Notes: a model not told the origin generated them from the sequence alone. DNA of 64,000 nt from an uncultured Holophagae bacterium (GCA_963718055.1 CAVQXZ010000001.1:848983-912982), one strand, 5' to 3'; positions 34,571-47,659 are shown, counted from the stretch's first letter. Made by a program: numbers and translations.

Positions 34571-35305
34571 ATGCCGCACAAGATGGCAGACACCGGCCGC
34601 CAGCCGCCCACGTTCTACCACCGCCTCGCCGAACCGGGCAGGCGCTCCGGCGGGCGCAGGCGCAGCTTCGGCAGCTGGCTGCGGCGGCGCTTCGTGGTCG
34701 GGTTCCTGGTTGCCCTGCCGCTGGTCGTCACGCTGTTCTTCGCGCGCTTCCTGTTCCAGCTCTTCGATCGCTGGTTCCGGCCGGTCTCGTACCAGATCTT
34801 CGGCCGCGAGATCCCGGGCCTCGGCCTGCTGTTGGTCCTGGCCGTCATGTTGCTGCTCGGCGTCATCGCCACCAACGTGGTCGGCGGCCGGCTGCTGGCG
34901 TTTCTGGAGCGGCTCATGGCCAGGGTGCCGCTGCTCAGCCCGATCTACCAGAGCGCGCGGCAGGTCACCGAGGCGATCCAGATCGGCGACACGGCCAAGT
35001 TCCGAAAGGTCGTACTGATCGAGTTCCCAGGCCCGGGCCTGACCTCGGTCGGTTTCGTCACCAGCGAGACCGGCGTCCCGACGTCGCTGTGCCCCGAACC
35101 GGCATACCTCGTCTTTGTGCCGACCACGCCAAACCCGACCACCGGCTTCCTGGTCACGGTGCCCAAGCGGTCGGTGAAGGTCCTCGACGTGCCGATCGAG
35201 GACGGAGTCAAGATGGTGATGTCGGGCGGCCTCCTGGTACCCCCTTCGCTGCTCGGACCAGTGGCCGAGGGCCCGCAGCTACCGGCGACTGGGGACGAAC
35301 CCTGA
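34571..35305 (+). CDS. DUF502-family membrane protein
   Basis: FVVGFLVALPLVVTLFFARFLFQLFD, IPGLGLLLVLAVMLLLG, PLLSPIYQSARQV and FVPTTPNPTTGFLVTVPK are the characteristic DUF502 blocks. Confidence 0.85.
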   Translation: MPHKMADTGRQPPTFYHRLAEPGRRSGGRRRSFGSWLRRRFVVGFLVALPLVVTLFFARFLFQLFDRWFRPVSYQIFGREIPGLGLLLVLAVMLLLGVIATNVVGGRLLAFLERLMARVPLLSPIYQSARQVTEAIQIGDTAKFRKVVLIEFPGPGLTSVGFVTSETGVPTSLCPEPAYLVFVPTTPNPTTGFLVTVPKRSVKVLDVPIEDGVKMVMSGGLLVPPSLLGPVAEGPQLPATGDEP

Positions 35306-35427
35306 TCGAACCGTGCCGGTCGGCTGCACGGGGCGGACCTCGACGAGCGCTCCGGGGCAGGGTCGGTGTCTGGCTCGTCCTGGTCCTGTACACGGCGGTG
35401 GCGATCGCGACCGTTCTCCGGCACGAG

Positions 35428-36942
35428 ATGTGGCGCGACGAGATCCACGCCTGGCAGGCCGTGGCGGCCTCGGGCTCACTCGTGGAGCTGGCAGCCAACG
35501 TGCGCTCCGAGGGGCACCCCGGGCTGTGGTTCCTGCTGCTGTACCCGATCAGCCGTGTGACCACCGATCCGGGCGCGATGCAGCTCGTCCACCTCGGGAT
35601 CGCGCTCGCCGTGGCTGCCGCGGTGTTGCTGGCGGCGCCCCTGCCCGCCGGCTGGCGCGCACTGTTCGCTTTCGGTTACTTCCCCCTGTACGAGTACGCG
35701 GTCATCAGCAGGAACTACGCCGTCGGCGCGCTGCTGCTGTTCATCTTCTGTGCCCTGTATCGAAAGCGTGACGAGCGACCGCTGGTGCTTGCCGGCGTGC
35801 TGTTCCTGCTCGCGCAGGCCAGTGCCGCCGCCCTGATTCTGAGCTTCTCGCTCGGACTGATGTGGCTTGCTGACGCGTGGTCCTCGCGCCGCATGGTGCA
35901 CACCCGCCCCGCCCCGGCCAGGGCGGCACTCGCGCTGTGGCTGGTCGGGATCGTGGTGAGCGTCTGGCAGCTGTCGGGTGCTCGCCTCGTGATGCAGCAG
36001 GCCAACCCCGGAAGGAGAATGCACCTCCAGCCTTTCGACATCGAGAGGATCTTCGACCACACGTATGTGCTCGATGTTCTGGCGACGCCCTGGCAGGGTC
36101 TCGTGCCTCTGCCCAGGCTGCGGTTCGCCTTCTGGAACAGCAACATCCTCGACGGGGTGGCTGGCGGCGACATCTTGCAGGCGGTGCTCTCAATCGGGCT
36201 GCTGATACTACTTGGTACCCTCTTCATCCGCTGTAGGCCGGCGTTGCTGTTCTACGTCGCCGGATCGAGCGGCCTGTTGGCGTTCTCGTGGCTGGTGTAT
36301 CGGGGGGGCTTGCGCCACCATGGACACCACCTGCTGCTGCTGATGGCGGCGCTGTGGTTGACCCGCGTGATGGGGCGAAGCGAGGCCGCTGACGGAGCGC
36401 CTTCGCGGTCCGTCGAAGGCCTGCCGCGGCGTGCAGCGCTGGTCGGCGTGCTGCTGATCGCGAATGTGGTTGCCGGCGGCTATGCGGTGGTGAGAGAGTG
36501 GCATGACCCCTTCTCGGCCGGCCAGGAAGTGGCGAGGTTCATCCGCGCTCAGGGGCTCGCCGGGCTGCCGATCGTCGGCCAGCGAGATGTCGAGGCTGCC
36601 GTGGTCGCAGGCTACCTCGGCCAACCCATCTACTGTCAGGCCCTCGGCCGTGAGGTCCCCTTCATCCGCTGGAGCCTCGCCTCACGTCGCCCGATCGAGG
36701 ATTCCGAGGCGCTTCGGCAGGCCCGTTTCTTGGCCGAGGAGAGGCGAAGCGAGGTGCTGATCCTGCTGCGCGCTCGCGGACAAGCTCAGCCAGATCGGGT
36801 CGACGGCGCGGTCTGGGCTGGCCACTTCCCCCGCAGCATCGTGCCGAGCGAGCGTTTTGAGCTCTACCTCGTGCCGCGGCCCGGGCCGGCCGCCCAGTTG
36901 TCCGGGGCCGCACCCGACCCCAGCCCCGTACCTCGCGGGTGA
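35428..36942 (+). CDS. Polytopic membrane protein, glycosyltransferase-39/ArnT-like topology with a C-terminal soluble domain; true start probably upstream
   Basis: Frame-1 ORF (part of 34534..36942). The first in-frame ATG is at 35428, but a clear TM helix (VGVWLVLVLYTAVAIATVL) is encoded upstream with no canonical in-frame start. GTG 35313 lies in another frame. Confidence 0.6.
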   Translation: MWRDEIHAWQAVAASGSLVELAANVRSEGHPGLWFLLLYPISRVTTDPGAMQLVHLGIALAVAAAVLLAAPLPAGWRALFAFGYFPLYEYAVISRNYAVGALLLFIFCALYRKRDERPLVLAGVLFLLAQASAAALILSFSLGLMWLADAWSSRRMVHTRPAPARAALALWLVGIVVSVWQLSGARLVMQQANPGRRMHLQPFDIERIFDHTYVLDVLATPWQGLVPLPRLRFAFWNSNILDGVAGGDILQAVLSIGLLILLGTLFIRCRPALLFYVAGSSGLLAFSWLVYRGGLRHHGHHLLLLMAALWLTRVMGRSEAADGAPSRSVEGLPRRAALVGVLLIANVVAGGYAVVREWHDPFSAGQEVARFIRAQGLAGLPIVGQRDVEAAVVAGYLGQPIYCQALGREVPFIRWSLASRRPIEDSEALRQARFLAEERRSEVLILLRARGQAQPDRVDGAVWAGHFPRSIVPSERFELYLVPRPGPAAQLSGAAPDPSPVPRG

Positions 36943-37024
36943 CGCCGGCGGCCGCCGCTTCTCCCGAGAAAAGTTGAGCCGGAGGGCGAACCCACCGGCT
37001 CGAGAGGGGTTGAAGGAAGGAGGG

Positions 37025-37666
37025 TCAGCTGGTCGCGACGCGCGCCCCGAAGAACTCGCGGAGGTCGATCTTGTCGTCCCGCAGCTTCTCGGGCGGCGCG
37101 GTGATGTAGTTGTAGCGGCGGCCGTACTTGAGCAGCGTCCGCTCGAGCATGCGCCGGCCGCGGTAGAGGCGCGACATGACGGTGCCGACCGGCACCTCGA
37201 GGATGTCGGCGATCTCCCTGTACGAGAAACCTTCGAGATCGGCCAGCAGCACGACCATCTTATAGTCGTGGGGCAGGCGGACGAGGGTCGTGCGCACCTC
37301 GTGATCCAACTCCGAGGACAGCAGGCCGGACTCGGGATCGATGAAGGCGCCCTGCGCCGCTTCCATCAGCGTCTCCTCGAGGCCTTCCTGGACCTCGTCG
37401 AAGTCGACCCTGGGCGGCTGCAGCTTGCGCTTGCGGTAGGAGTTGATGAAGGTGTTCTTCATGATCTTGAACAGCCAGGCCTTGAAGTTGGTGCCTTCGG
37501 CGAATCGCTGGTAGTACTTGAAAGCCTTCAGGTAGGTCTCCTGGAGCAGGTCCTCGGCGTCCTCGACCGAACGCGTCATGCGCAGCGCGCTCTTGAAGAG
37601 CTGGTCGCGATAGGGCAGGGTCCCGGAGCTGAAGTCCCACATTTTCGGTTCCGCGGTGATTGCCAT
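37025..37666 (-). CDS. ECF-type RNA polymerase sigma-70 family factor
   Basis: ATG 37666 (GGAGG upstream). Region 2 is DAEDLLQETYLKAFKYYQRFAEGTNFKAWLFKIMKNTFINSYRKR. Region 4 is VVLLADLEGFSYREIADILEVPVGTVMSRLYRGRRML. There is a C-terminal extension of about 30 aa. Confidence 0.9.
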   Translation of the reverse strand: MAITAEPKMWDFSSGTLPYRDQLFKSALRMTRSVEDAEDLLQETYLKAFKYYQRFAEGTNFKAWLFKIMKNTFINSYRKRKLQPPRVDFDEVQEGLEETLMEAAQGAFIDPESGLLSSELDHEVRTTLVRLPHDYKMVVLLADLEGFSYREIADILEVPVGTVMSRLYRGRRMLERTLLKYGRRYNYITAPPEKLRDDKIDLREFFGARVATS

Positions 37667-37890
37667 CGTGGCCTCCAGTTGGAGCACGATACACAATTGA
37701 AACATTCATGTCAATACCTGAATCTGAAGATTCTTCTGGAGCCGACTGTTGCATTCACGAAACAACTTGGAGGACGAAACTCCGAGATGGGTGCCCGTCG
37801 GGGCCGAAGCCCCCGGTACTTCGTACCGCATTGGTTCTTGGGGCGGGTGTGGTGGGCGGAGGCGGGGACGGACGGCGGCCGTGAACTCCT

Positions 37891-37994
37891 CGTCAGGATG
37901 CGCGCAGCGCATCCATTGCGATCGTGTGGGGCAGGGGCCAAGCACAACCACTCCACCAGGAGCGCACACAGGGGCTTATGCCCCACACGATCGC
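37891..37994 (+). repeat. Copy A of a structured dispersed repeat of about 105 nt (palindrome GGATGCGCGCAGCGCATCC plus a long GTGTGGGGCA...TGCCCCACAC hairpin)
   Basis: Its reverse complement aligns along its full length with 57715..57828 (e.g. GTGTGGGGCA, CAGGAGCGC(G)CACAGG, GCCCCACAC and the 19-nt palindrome at 37896-37914). Confidence 0.75.
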
Positions 37995-38001
37995 AAAGCA
38001 A

Positions 38002-38027
38002 GGCCGGGGCTCTGCCGAGCCCCGGCC
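38002..38027 (-). terminator. Terminator hairpin after atpE
   Basis: GGCCGGGGCTC tgcc GAGCCCCGGCC, 24 nt downstream of the atpE stop. On the minus strand it is followed by TTGCTTTG. Confidence 0.6.
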
Positions 38028-38050
38028 GTCAGGTGCGCGTCGTGTGCCGA

Positions 38051-38365
38051 TCAGGCGAGGATCAGGAAGGCGATGATCAGCGCGTAGATGACCAGCGACT
38101 CGATGAGCGCGAGGCCGATGATCATCGTGATCCGGATCGGTCCGACGGCGCCCGGGTTGCGGCCGATGGCCTCGCAGGCCGCCGACAGGCCGCGGCCCTG
38201 ACCGAGCGAGCCGCCCGCCGCCGCGATGCCGATCGCAAAGGCCGCGCCGATGTACTGGAAGATGTTCTTGCCGGCAGGCGCGGCACTGTGCTCCTGCGCG
38301 AAGGCGGGCGCGGCCAGGGCCAAGGCCACCACGACAAGGGCCAGGATTGCAAGACGTCGATTCAT
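38051..38365 (-). CDS. atpE: F0F1 ATP synthase subunit c, with a signal-peptide-like N-terminal extension
   Basis: Hairpin core GAAFAIGIAAAGGSLGQGRG ... RNPGA ... MIIGLALIESLVIYALIIAFLIL, preceded by MNRRLAILALVVVALALAAPAFAQE. Confidence 0.9.
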   Translation of the reverse strand: MNRRLAILALVVVALALAAPAFAQEHSAAPAGKNIFQYIGAAFAIGIAAAGGSLGQGRGLSAACEAIGRNPGAVGPIRITMIIGLALIESLVIYALIIAFLILA

Positions 38366-38395
38366 ACGGTCCTCCTCGATGATTCGTTCTATTCG

Positions 38396-39142
38396 CTAGT
38401 GCTCCTCGGCACTCACGGCGCCGTTGAGATAGGACATTGTCAGCATGATGAAGATGAACGCCTGGAGCAGCGCCCCGAAGATCCCGAGACCCATCATCGG
38501 CCACGGCACGATCAGCGGGAACAGGAAGAAGAAGATCCCGGTGGCGGTGTGCTCGCCGAAGATGTTGCCGAACAGCCGCAGCGCGAGTGACAGGATGCGG
38601 GCGAGGTGCGAGATGACCTCGATCGGGATCATCAGCGGCGCCAGCAGCGGCAGCGGGCCCATGAAGTGCTTGCCGTACTTGAGGCCGTTGTCCTTGAAGC
38701 CGACCACGTTGTAGAACAGAAAGGCGGTGATCGACAGGGCGAAGGTGGTGTTGGGGTTGGCGGTCGGCGGCTGCACGAAGAAGAAGAGCCCGAAGATGTT
38801 GCAGGTGAAGATGAAGACCGCGAGACCGCCGATGAACGGCAGGAAGCGCTTGCCGAAGCCATCGCCGACGACGTCGTCGACCAGGCCCTCGAGGCCGGAG
38901 ACGAGCAGCTCCAACATCTGCTGGAGCTTCCCGGGAGCAGTGACCGACAGCCGGCGGCTGATCGGAATCAGGACGACGGCGATCAGCAGGACCGCGAACA
39001 TCGTCATGATCACGTGGTCCGGCAGCCAGTAGCCCTGGTCGGTGATGCCCAGCAGCTCCTGGTAGCGGGCGCTCGGCTCACCGAACAGCGCCCTCAGTAG
39101 GGCGTTGACCGGCTTGTAGAGGAACGAGACCGGATGGTGCAA
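38396..39142 (-). CDS. atpB: F0F1 ATP synthase subunit a
   Basis: LSLALRLFGNIFGEH (the conserved Arg in LRLFGN), PLLAPLMIPIEVISHLAR, and five to six TM helices. Confidence 0.9.
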   Translation of the reverse strand: MHHPVSFLYKPVNALLRALFGEPSARYQELLGITDQGYWLPDHVIMTMFAVLLIAVVLIPISRRLSVTAPGKLQQMLELLVSGLEGLVDDVVGDGFGKRFLPFIGGLAVFIFTCNIFGLFFFVQPPTANPNTTFALSITAFLFYNVVGFKDNGLKYGKHFMGPLPLLAPLMIPIEVISHLARILSLALRLFGNIFGEHTATGIFFFLFPLIVPWPMMGLGIFGALLQAFIFIMLTMSYLNGAVSAEEH

Positions 39143-39143
39143 C

Positions 39144-39599
39144 TCAACCTCCCCCGACCCCGGGCCGGCGCAGCCCCTCCACGATCAGGGCAACCACCAA
39201 GGTCGAGAATCCAAGCGCGACCGCCACAAAGTCGATTCCGGGCACGATCAACAGAGCCACAATACCGCCGGCGAAAAGGGCGAGCCGTCGTCCGATGGTC
39301 AGCACCGACCGGCGATCGAACCGTGGTCGTCCCGGCTGGAGGACCCGCTGCAGCAGCCCTTCGAGCGAGCGGAAGTTGATGATAGCCACCGCTGCCGCCA
39401 CCGTCAAGCTGACGGCTGCTGGGAGCGATTTTCTCAAGATCAGCTCGCCAAGCGCACCAACTGTCGCGAGCAGAGCCGCCCTCCAGACCACCCGCCGGAC
39501 GGAGAAGCCCTCCCCCTCGGAGGGCGAGGGCCCCAGGGCCTCGCCGTCAGGCCCCATCGCCGCGCCCTTGCTGCGCGTCCTCGTCCTCCTCCTCGTCAT
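39144..39599 (-). CDS. atpI: ATP synthase protein I-like small membrane protein
   Basis: It sits directly before atpB. Hydrophobic segments are AALLATVGALGELIL, AVSLTVAAAVAIINF, LALFAGGIVALLIV and VAVALGFSTLVVALIV. The start is uncertain (39599 or 39557). Confidence 0.6.
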   Translation of the reverse strand: MTRRRTRTRSKGAAMGPDGEALGPSPSEGEGFSVRRVVWRAALLATVGALGELILRKSLPAAVSLTVAAAVAIINFRSLEGLLQRVLQPGRPRFDRRSVLTIGRRLALFAGGIVALLIVPGIDFVAVALGFSTLVVALIVEGLRRPGVGGG

Positions 39600-39922
39600 C
39601 GTCGGGAGGGTAGACCCGAAGGCCGAGCTCCGGGCGGAGCTGGTCCTCCTCCGAGCGGCTGGCCTGGGCGGTGATCCGAAACAGGTTGACGAATCCCGCC
39701 GCGATCCCGAACACGCTGAACACGATGGTCAGCCACGGCCCGGTGGCGAGGTGGCGGTCGAGAAACCGCCCGAAGAAGTAGCCGATGGCGATCGCCACCG
39801 GGAACTGGATGCCGACGATTGACGACGTTGAGCCAGGTGCCCGCCGCCCGGAACTGCCGTCCCCGGTCGTCCCGGCTGCCGCCCGGCGGTCGCGGCTCCT
39901 GCCCGGGGGCGCCGGCCGTCAT
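39547..39922 (-). CDS. AtpZ/AtpI-family (ATPase_gene1-like) small membrane protein; probable frame break near 39819
   Basis: Core IVGIQFPVAIAIGYFFGRFLDRHLATGPWLTIVFSVFGIAAGFVNLFR. The listed ORF starts at a GTG inside the first helix. ATG 39922 overlaps the nuoN stop (ATGA) and reads MTAGAPGQEPRPPGG...AAGTWLNVV in the neighbouring frame. The span length is 3n+1. Confidence 0.6.
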
Positions 39923-41386
39923 CCCGACGACCCCACGCCGAGCGCCTGCAGGCCGCCCTTGGCCCACTCGACCAGCGGTCCTGGCCACACGCCGATCGCC
40001 AGGGTGACCAGGGCGCAGACCCCGATCATCGCCTCGGTCCAGCGATCGCGCAGCAGCGTCGCCGGCTGCGGCGCCCTCGTCATCCTTGAGGTACATTTGA
40101 ACGACGATCCGGAAGTAGTAGTACAGGCTGACCGCTGACATCACGACCGCGATCACGGTCAGCACGACGCAGCCGGCCTCCATTGCCGCGGCAAACACGT
40201 AGAGCTTGCCCATGAAGCCGCCGGTCGGCGGGATACCGGCCAGCGCCAGCATGAACCACAGCATGAGGGCGGCGGCGCCGGGATGGCGCCGGGAGAGGCC
40301 GGCGTAGTCGGCGATCGTCTCGCCGGCATAGCCCTTGGACTCGAGCAGGATCACGAAGCCGAACGCGCCGAGGTTCATGAACGCGTAGACGGCCATGTAC
40401 ATCAGGACCGCCCACAGGCCGGTCCCGCTGGCCGCCACCAGGCCCATCAGCGCGTAGCCGGCGTGGGCGATCGACGAGTAGGCGAGCATCCGCTTGACGT
40501 TGTTCTGGGTGAGCGCGGCGATGTTGCCGTAGATCATGGTCGCCGCGGAGGCGATCCACAGGATGGTTTGCCAGGCCTCAACCTCGGGCGCGAACGCGAT
40601 CACGAACAGCCGCAGGAACATGGCGAAGGCCGCCGCCTTCGGGCCGACCGACATGAAGGCGGTGACCGGCGTCGGCGCGCCCTCGTAGGCGTCGGGCGTC
40701 CAGACGTGGAAGGGCACGGCGGCGACCTTGAAGAGCATGCCGAAGGCGACCAGCAGGATGCCGAGCAGCAGCGTCGGGTTGTCCTGCGGCACCGCGGCCA
40801 GGCCGCGCCGGATGGTCGCGAGGTCGAGGCTCCCGGTGGTGCCGTAGACCAGCGAGATGCCGTACAGCAGCACCCCCGACGACAGCGCGCCGAGCACGAA
40901 GTACTTGACCGCGCCCTCGTTCGACTTGGTCTCGAGCTTGAAGTAGCCGACCAACACGTAGACCGACAGCGCCATCAGCTCGAGCCCAACGTAGAGGCTG
41001 ACCAGGTTGGCGCCGGAGGCCATGATGAACATGCCGACGGTGGCGAACAGCACGAGCGCCGAGAACTCGCCGGCGCCGTAGCCCGCGCGCTCGAGGAAGC
41101 CGGCCGCCATCAGCAGGGCCACCGCCGAGGTGGCGAGCATCAGCAGCTTGATGAACACGCCGAGCTGGTCGATCACGAGCATCTCGCCGAGGATCCGCTC
41201 GGGTGCCCCAGCAGCGCGCGCGAACAGGATGACGAGCACCGCGGTCACGCCCAGGGCGGCGACCGCCGACACGATCAGCGGCCGGGTGCCCTGCCGGCCG
41301 AGCGAGATGCCGGCGAGCATCAGCGCGAAGCCGACGGCCGCCAGGAAGATCTCGGGGATCAGCGGCACAAAGTCTGCAAGCGGCAT
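39919..41386 (-). CDS. nuoN: NADH-quinone oxidoreductase subunit N; frame break near 40068-40075
   Basis: MPLADFVPLIPEIFLA..., FKVAAVPFHVWTPDAYEGAPTPVTAF, NVKRMLAYSSIAHAGY. The last 50 residues (PQPATLLRDRWTEAMIGVCALVTLAIGVWPGPLVEWAKGGLQALGVGSSG-stop at 39919) are in another frame. The span length is 3n+1. Confidence 0.85.
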
Positions 41387-41389
41387 GCG

Positions 41390-43008
41390 CTACTCCTCGG
41401 CGGCCCCGTGATGGGTCTCGGGCACCGCCGCGATCGCCGCCACGGCGCCGGCGGCGGTCTCGCGCTCGGGCATGGCGACGGCCACCCGCTGCAGCACGCG
41501 GTCGACGGTCGGCTCCATCAGGCGGAAGAACGGCTTCGGGTAGAGGCCGATCCAGAACGCCATGCACGATGAGCGGAATGACGGTCCACTGCTCGCGCAG
41601 GTTGAGGTCGGTGAGGCCCTTGTTCTTGTCGTTGGTGATCTCGCCGAAGAAGACGCGCTGGTACATCCACAGCAGGTAGCGCCGCGCCGAGCACGATGCC
41701 GGTGGAGGCGAACAGCGCCCACACCCAGGAGTGGTGGAAGACGCCGATCAGGATCGTGAACTCGCCGATGAAGCCGTTGAGCGTCGGCAGCCCGAGCGAC
41801 GACAGCGCGATGATCATGAAGAAGGTCGCGTACAGGGGCATCACCTTGGCGATCCCTCCGTACTCCGAGATCATCCGGTTGTGCCGGCGCTCGTAGACCA
41901 TGCCGACGAGCAAGAAGAGCGCGCCGGTCGAGATGCCGTGGTTGATCATCTGCAGGATCGCGCCGCGCAGGCCGGGGGCGTTGAGCGCGAACATGCCGAG
42001 CGTGATGAAGCCCATGTGGCTGACGCTGGAGTAGGCGACCAGCTTTTTCATGTCCTTCTGGGCCATCGACACCAGCGCACCGTAGATGATCGCGATGATC
42101 GACAGCAGGCCGACCCAGCCGACCGCCTTGACCGTGGCGTCGGGCAGCAGCGGCAGCGAGAAGCCGGACGAAGCCGTAGGTGCCCATCTTCAGCAGGACG
42201 CCGGCCAGGATCACCGAGCCGGCGGTCGGCGCCTCGACGTGGGCGTCGGGAAGCCAGGTGTGGAACGGGAACATCGGCACCTTGATCGCGAAACCGACGA
42301 AGAAGGCGAGGAAGACCCAGAACTGGAGGCCGCCGGGCATCTGGGCGCCGCCTGATAGAGCGCCGGGATCTCGAAGGTGGCCGGGTTGCCGAGGCCGGGC
42401 AGGCCGACCGTCGCGAGCCCGCCGGCGTTGTAGAAGTAGAGTGCCAGGATGCCGACCAGCATCAGCACCGACCCTACCAGGGTGTAGAGGAAGAACTTGA
42501 TCGCCGCGTAGAGCTTGCGCGGTCCGCCCCAGACCCCGATCAGGAAGTACATCGGGACCAGCATCACTTCCCAGAAGACGTAGAAGAGGATGAAGTCGAG
42601 GGCGCAGAAGACCCCGAGCATGCCGGTCTGCAGGAGGAGCAGGAAGATGTAGTACTCCTTCTGGCGCTCGGTGATGGCCGTGAACGAGCTGTAGACCGAG
42701 ATGAACCCGAGCAGCGTGGTCAGCAGGATCAGCAGGATCGAGAAGCCGTCGACCCCGAAGATGTACTGCACGCCGAACGACGGAATCCAGTCTCCCTTGG
42801 AGGCGAACTGGAACTCCGCCCCGCCGGGTGAGTAGAGGAACCACAGCGGGATCGAGATCAGGAAGTCGAGGCCGGTGACGATCGTGGCGAACCACTTGAT
42901 GGCGCCGGAGTTCTCCTTCTTGACGAAGAAGACGATGGCCAGGGCCCCGGCCAACGGGAGATAGCAGATCAGGTTGAGCAGCCAGCCGTACTGGAAGTCG
43001 TAGTGCAT
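41390..43008 (-). CDS. nuoM: NADH-quinone oxidoreductase subunit M; four frame breaks (about 42347, 42166, 41680, 41565)
   Basis: Five collinear pieces lie in three frames:
- [21 protein letters not shown]...FEIPALYQ
- [60 protein letters not shown]
- [52 protein letters not shown]...IVLGAA
- [38 protein letters not shown]
- [20 protein letters not shown]... Confidence 0.85.
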
Positions 43009-43019
43009 CCTTGGCTCCG

Positions 43020-45135
<2,116 letters not shown>

Positions 45136-45138
45136 CCG

Positions 45139-45437
45139 CTAGCTCCGCATCTCGCTGGCCTCGTCGAGGGCCACCGTGTCCTTGAGGCGGACGAGGGCGA
45201 TGATCAGCCCGAGGCCGATGGCGGCCTCGGCGGCGGCGATCGTGATCACGAAGATCGCGAGGATCTGTCCGGCCAGGTCGCCGAGCCGGTAGGAGAAGGC
45301 GACCAGGTTGAGGTTGACGGCGTTGAAGATGAGCTCGAGCGACATCAGCACGGTGATGAAGTTGCGCCGCATCATCACGCCGATGACGCCGAGCGAGAAC
45401 AGGATGAGCGACAGCAGCACGTAGTGAGTGGCGGTGA

Positions 45438-45441
<4 letters not shown>
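45139..45441 (-). CDS. nuoK: NADH-quinone oxidoreductase subunit K
   Basis: GTG 45441 overlaps the nuoJ stop (GTGA). HYVLLSLILFSLGVIGVMMRRN, LMSLELIFNAVNLNLVAF, AAAEAAIGLGLIIAL. Confidence 0.9.
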
Positions 45442-46010
<569 letters not shown>

Positions 46011-46041
46011 CACTCTCCTCCTCCCGGACCGGCACAGCCGG

Positions 46042-46605
46042 TCAGGGCGTCGGCTCCCCGGAGGCGTCGTTCGTCGCTGGCTCGCTCGTGGGCCTGCGGC
46101 CCATCGGATCCTTCGGGTCCTGGCCCTCGGCAGGGCTGCGCACGCCGGGGAAGGGCTGCACGCCCTGCCAGGTGAACAGCCGCTGCTTGTCGAAGTAGAG
46201 CCCATCGTTGCGCTCGTACACCGCGCCCTCGTAGGTCTTCGAGGTCAGCCAGATCGAGGGTGGCTCGGTCGGGCAGGCCTCCTCGCAGAGGCCGCAGAAC
46301 ATGCACCGCTTGACGTCGATGTCGTAGCGGGTGATGACCTTCTTCTTCTTCTTGGTCTCGGGGTTGATCTCGACCTTGTCGGCCAGGTAGATGATCTCGA
46401 TCGGGCACGCCTTGGCGCACAGCGCGCAGTCGATGCAGCGCTCGGAGTCGTAGCCGAACATGCCGCGGAAGCGGTCCGTGGGCTCCAGCCTCTTCTCCGG
46501 GTACTGCACGGTCTCCTTGCGCTTGAGCAGGTAGCCGCCGGTCACCGCGAGGCCCTTGAACAGGTCGATCGGGATCAGCCTGGACAAGAAGTCCTTCAAC
46601 CGCAT
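46042..46605 (-). CDS. nuoI: NADH-quinone oxidoreductase subunit I (two 4Fe-4S motifs) with a C-terminal extension
   Basis: CIDCALCAKACP and CMFCGLCEEACP ferredoxin motifs. A Pro/Gly-rich tail follows residue 150. Confidence 0.95.
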   Translation of the reverse strand: MRLKDFLSRLIPIDLFKGLAVTGGYLLKRKETVQYPEKRLEPTDRFRGMFGYDSERCIDCALCAKACPIEIIYLADKVEINPETKKKKKVITRYDIDVKRCMFCGLCEEACPTEPPSIWLTSKTYEGAVYERNDGLYFDKQRLFTWQGVQPFPGVRSPAEGQDPKDPMGRRPTSEPATNDASGEPTP

Positions 46606-46609
46606 CGCG

Positions 46610-47659
46610 TCATCCCTTCAGGACCAGCACGCCGATGCCGACCAGCAGCACGTTGGCCAGCGACAGCGGGAGCAGCCATTTCCAGCCCACGGCCATGAGC
46701 TGGTCGAAGCGGTAGCGCGGGAAGGTCCCGCGGAACCAGATGTAGACGAAGATGAAGATCATCACCTTGGTCAGGTACCAGAGGAACGGGGGGATCCACG
46801 ACAGCACGGGCGACTGCCAGAGCCCTGCCAGGAGGTTGGGGAAGGGCGGCAGCCAGCCGCCGAAGAACAGGATCACCGCCAGCGACGACACCACCAGCAT
46901 GTTCATGTACTCGGCGAGGAAGAAGAACGCGAACTTCATCCCCGAGTACTCGGTGTGGAAGCCGCCGACCAGCTCGGACTCGGCCTCCGGCAGGTCGAAG
47001 GGGTTGCGGTTGGTCTCGGCGACGCCGCAGATGAAGTAGATGCCGAAGCCGAGGATGCCGGGGATGAAGAACCAGATGCCGGCGTCGCGCTGGGCCTCGA
47101 CGATGCCGACGAGCGACAGCGTGCCGGACATCAGCAGCACCGACACCACGGCGAAGCCCAGCGGCACCTCGTAGGAGACGAGCTGGGCCGCCGACCGCAG
47201 CCCGCCCATCAGGGAGAACTTGTTGTTCGACGACCAACCGCCGAGGATGATGCCGTAGATCGCGATCGACGACACCCCGAGCACGAACAGGATGGCGATG
47301 TTGATGTCGGCGATGAACGACGTGATCGGCACGCCGGCGACGGTGAAGGTCTCGCCGAAGGGGATCACCGCCCAGACCAGGAACGACGGCACGAAGATCA
47401 GGATCGGTGCCAGCATGAACACGAAGCGCTCCGCCTTGGCGGGCACCAGGTCCTCCTTGGCGAACAGCTTGAACACGTCGGCGATCGGCTGCAGCAGGCC
47501 GCGGGGGCCGACCCGGTTGGGCCCGATCCTGACCTGCATCCAGGCCAGGACCTTGCGCTCGGCAAGGGTCAGGTAGGCGACGATCCCGAGCAGCACCAGC
47601 AGGATCACGACGGTCTGGGCGAGCGGGACGACAACGTACCGGATCAGCGGATCGGTCAT
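46610..47659 (-). CDS. nuoH: NADH-quinone oxidoreductase subunit H
   Basis: ATG 47659 overlaps the nuoD stop (ATGA). AERKVLAWMQVRIGPNRVGPRGLLQPIADVFKLF, VAETNRNPFDLPEAESELVGGFHTEYSGMKFA. Confidence 0.95.
   Translation of the reverse strand: MTDPLIRYVVVPLAQTVVILLVLLGIVAYLTLAERKVLAWMQVRIGPNRVGPRGLLQPIADVFKLFAKEDLVPAKAERFVFMLAPILIFVPSFLVWAVIPFGETFTVAGVPITSFIADINIAILFVLGVSSIAIYGIILGGWSSNNKFSLMGGLRSAAQLVSYEVPLGFAVVSVLLMSGTLSLVGIVEAQRDAGIWFFIPGILGFGIYFICGVAETNRNPFDLPEAESELVGGFHTEYSGMKFAFFFLAEYMNMLVVSSLAVILFFGGWLPPFPNLLAGLWQSPVLSWIPPFLWYLTKVMIFIFVYIWFRGTFPRYRFDQLMAVGWKWLLPLSLANVLLVGIGVLVLKG

Noticed and set aside
39596-39918. C-terminal 108 residues of the 596-aa nuoN ORF (GDAAARSLDRGDDRG…PSRR).
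   Set aside because: This is an off-frame reading. The authentic NuoN terminus is in another frame, ending at 39919, and the remainder overlaps the AtpZ-family gene.
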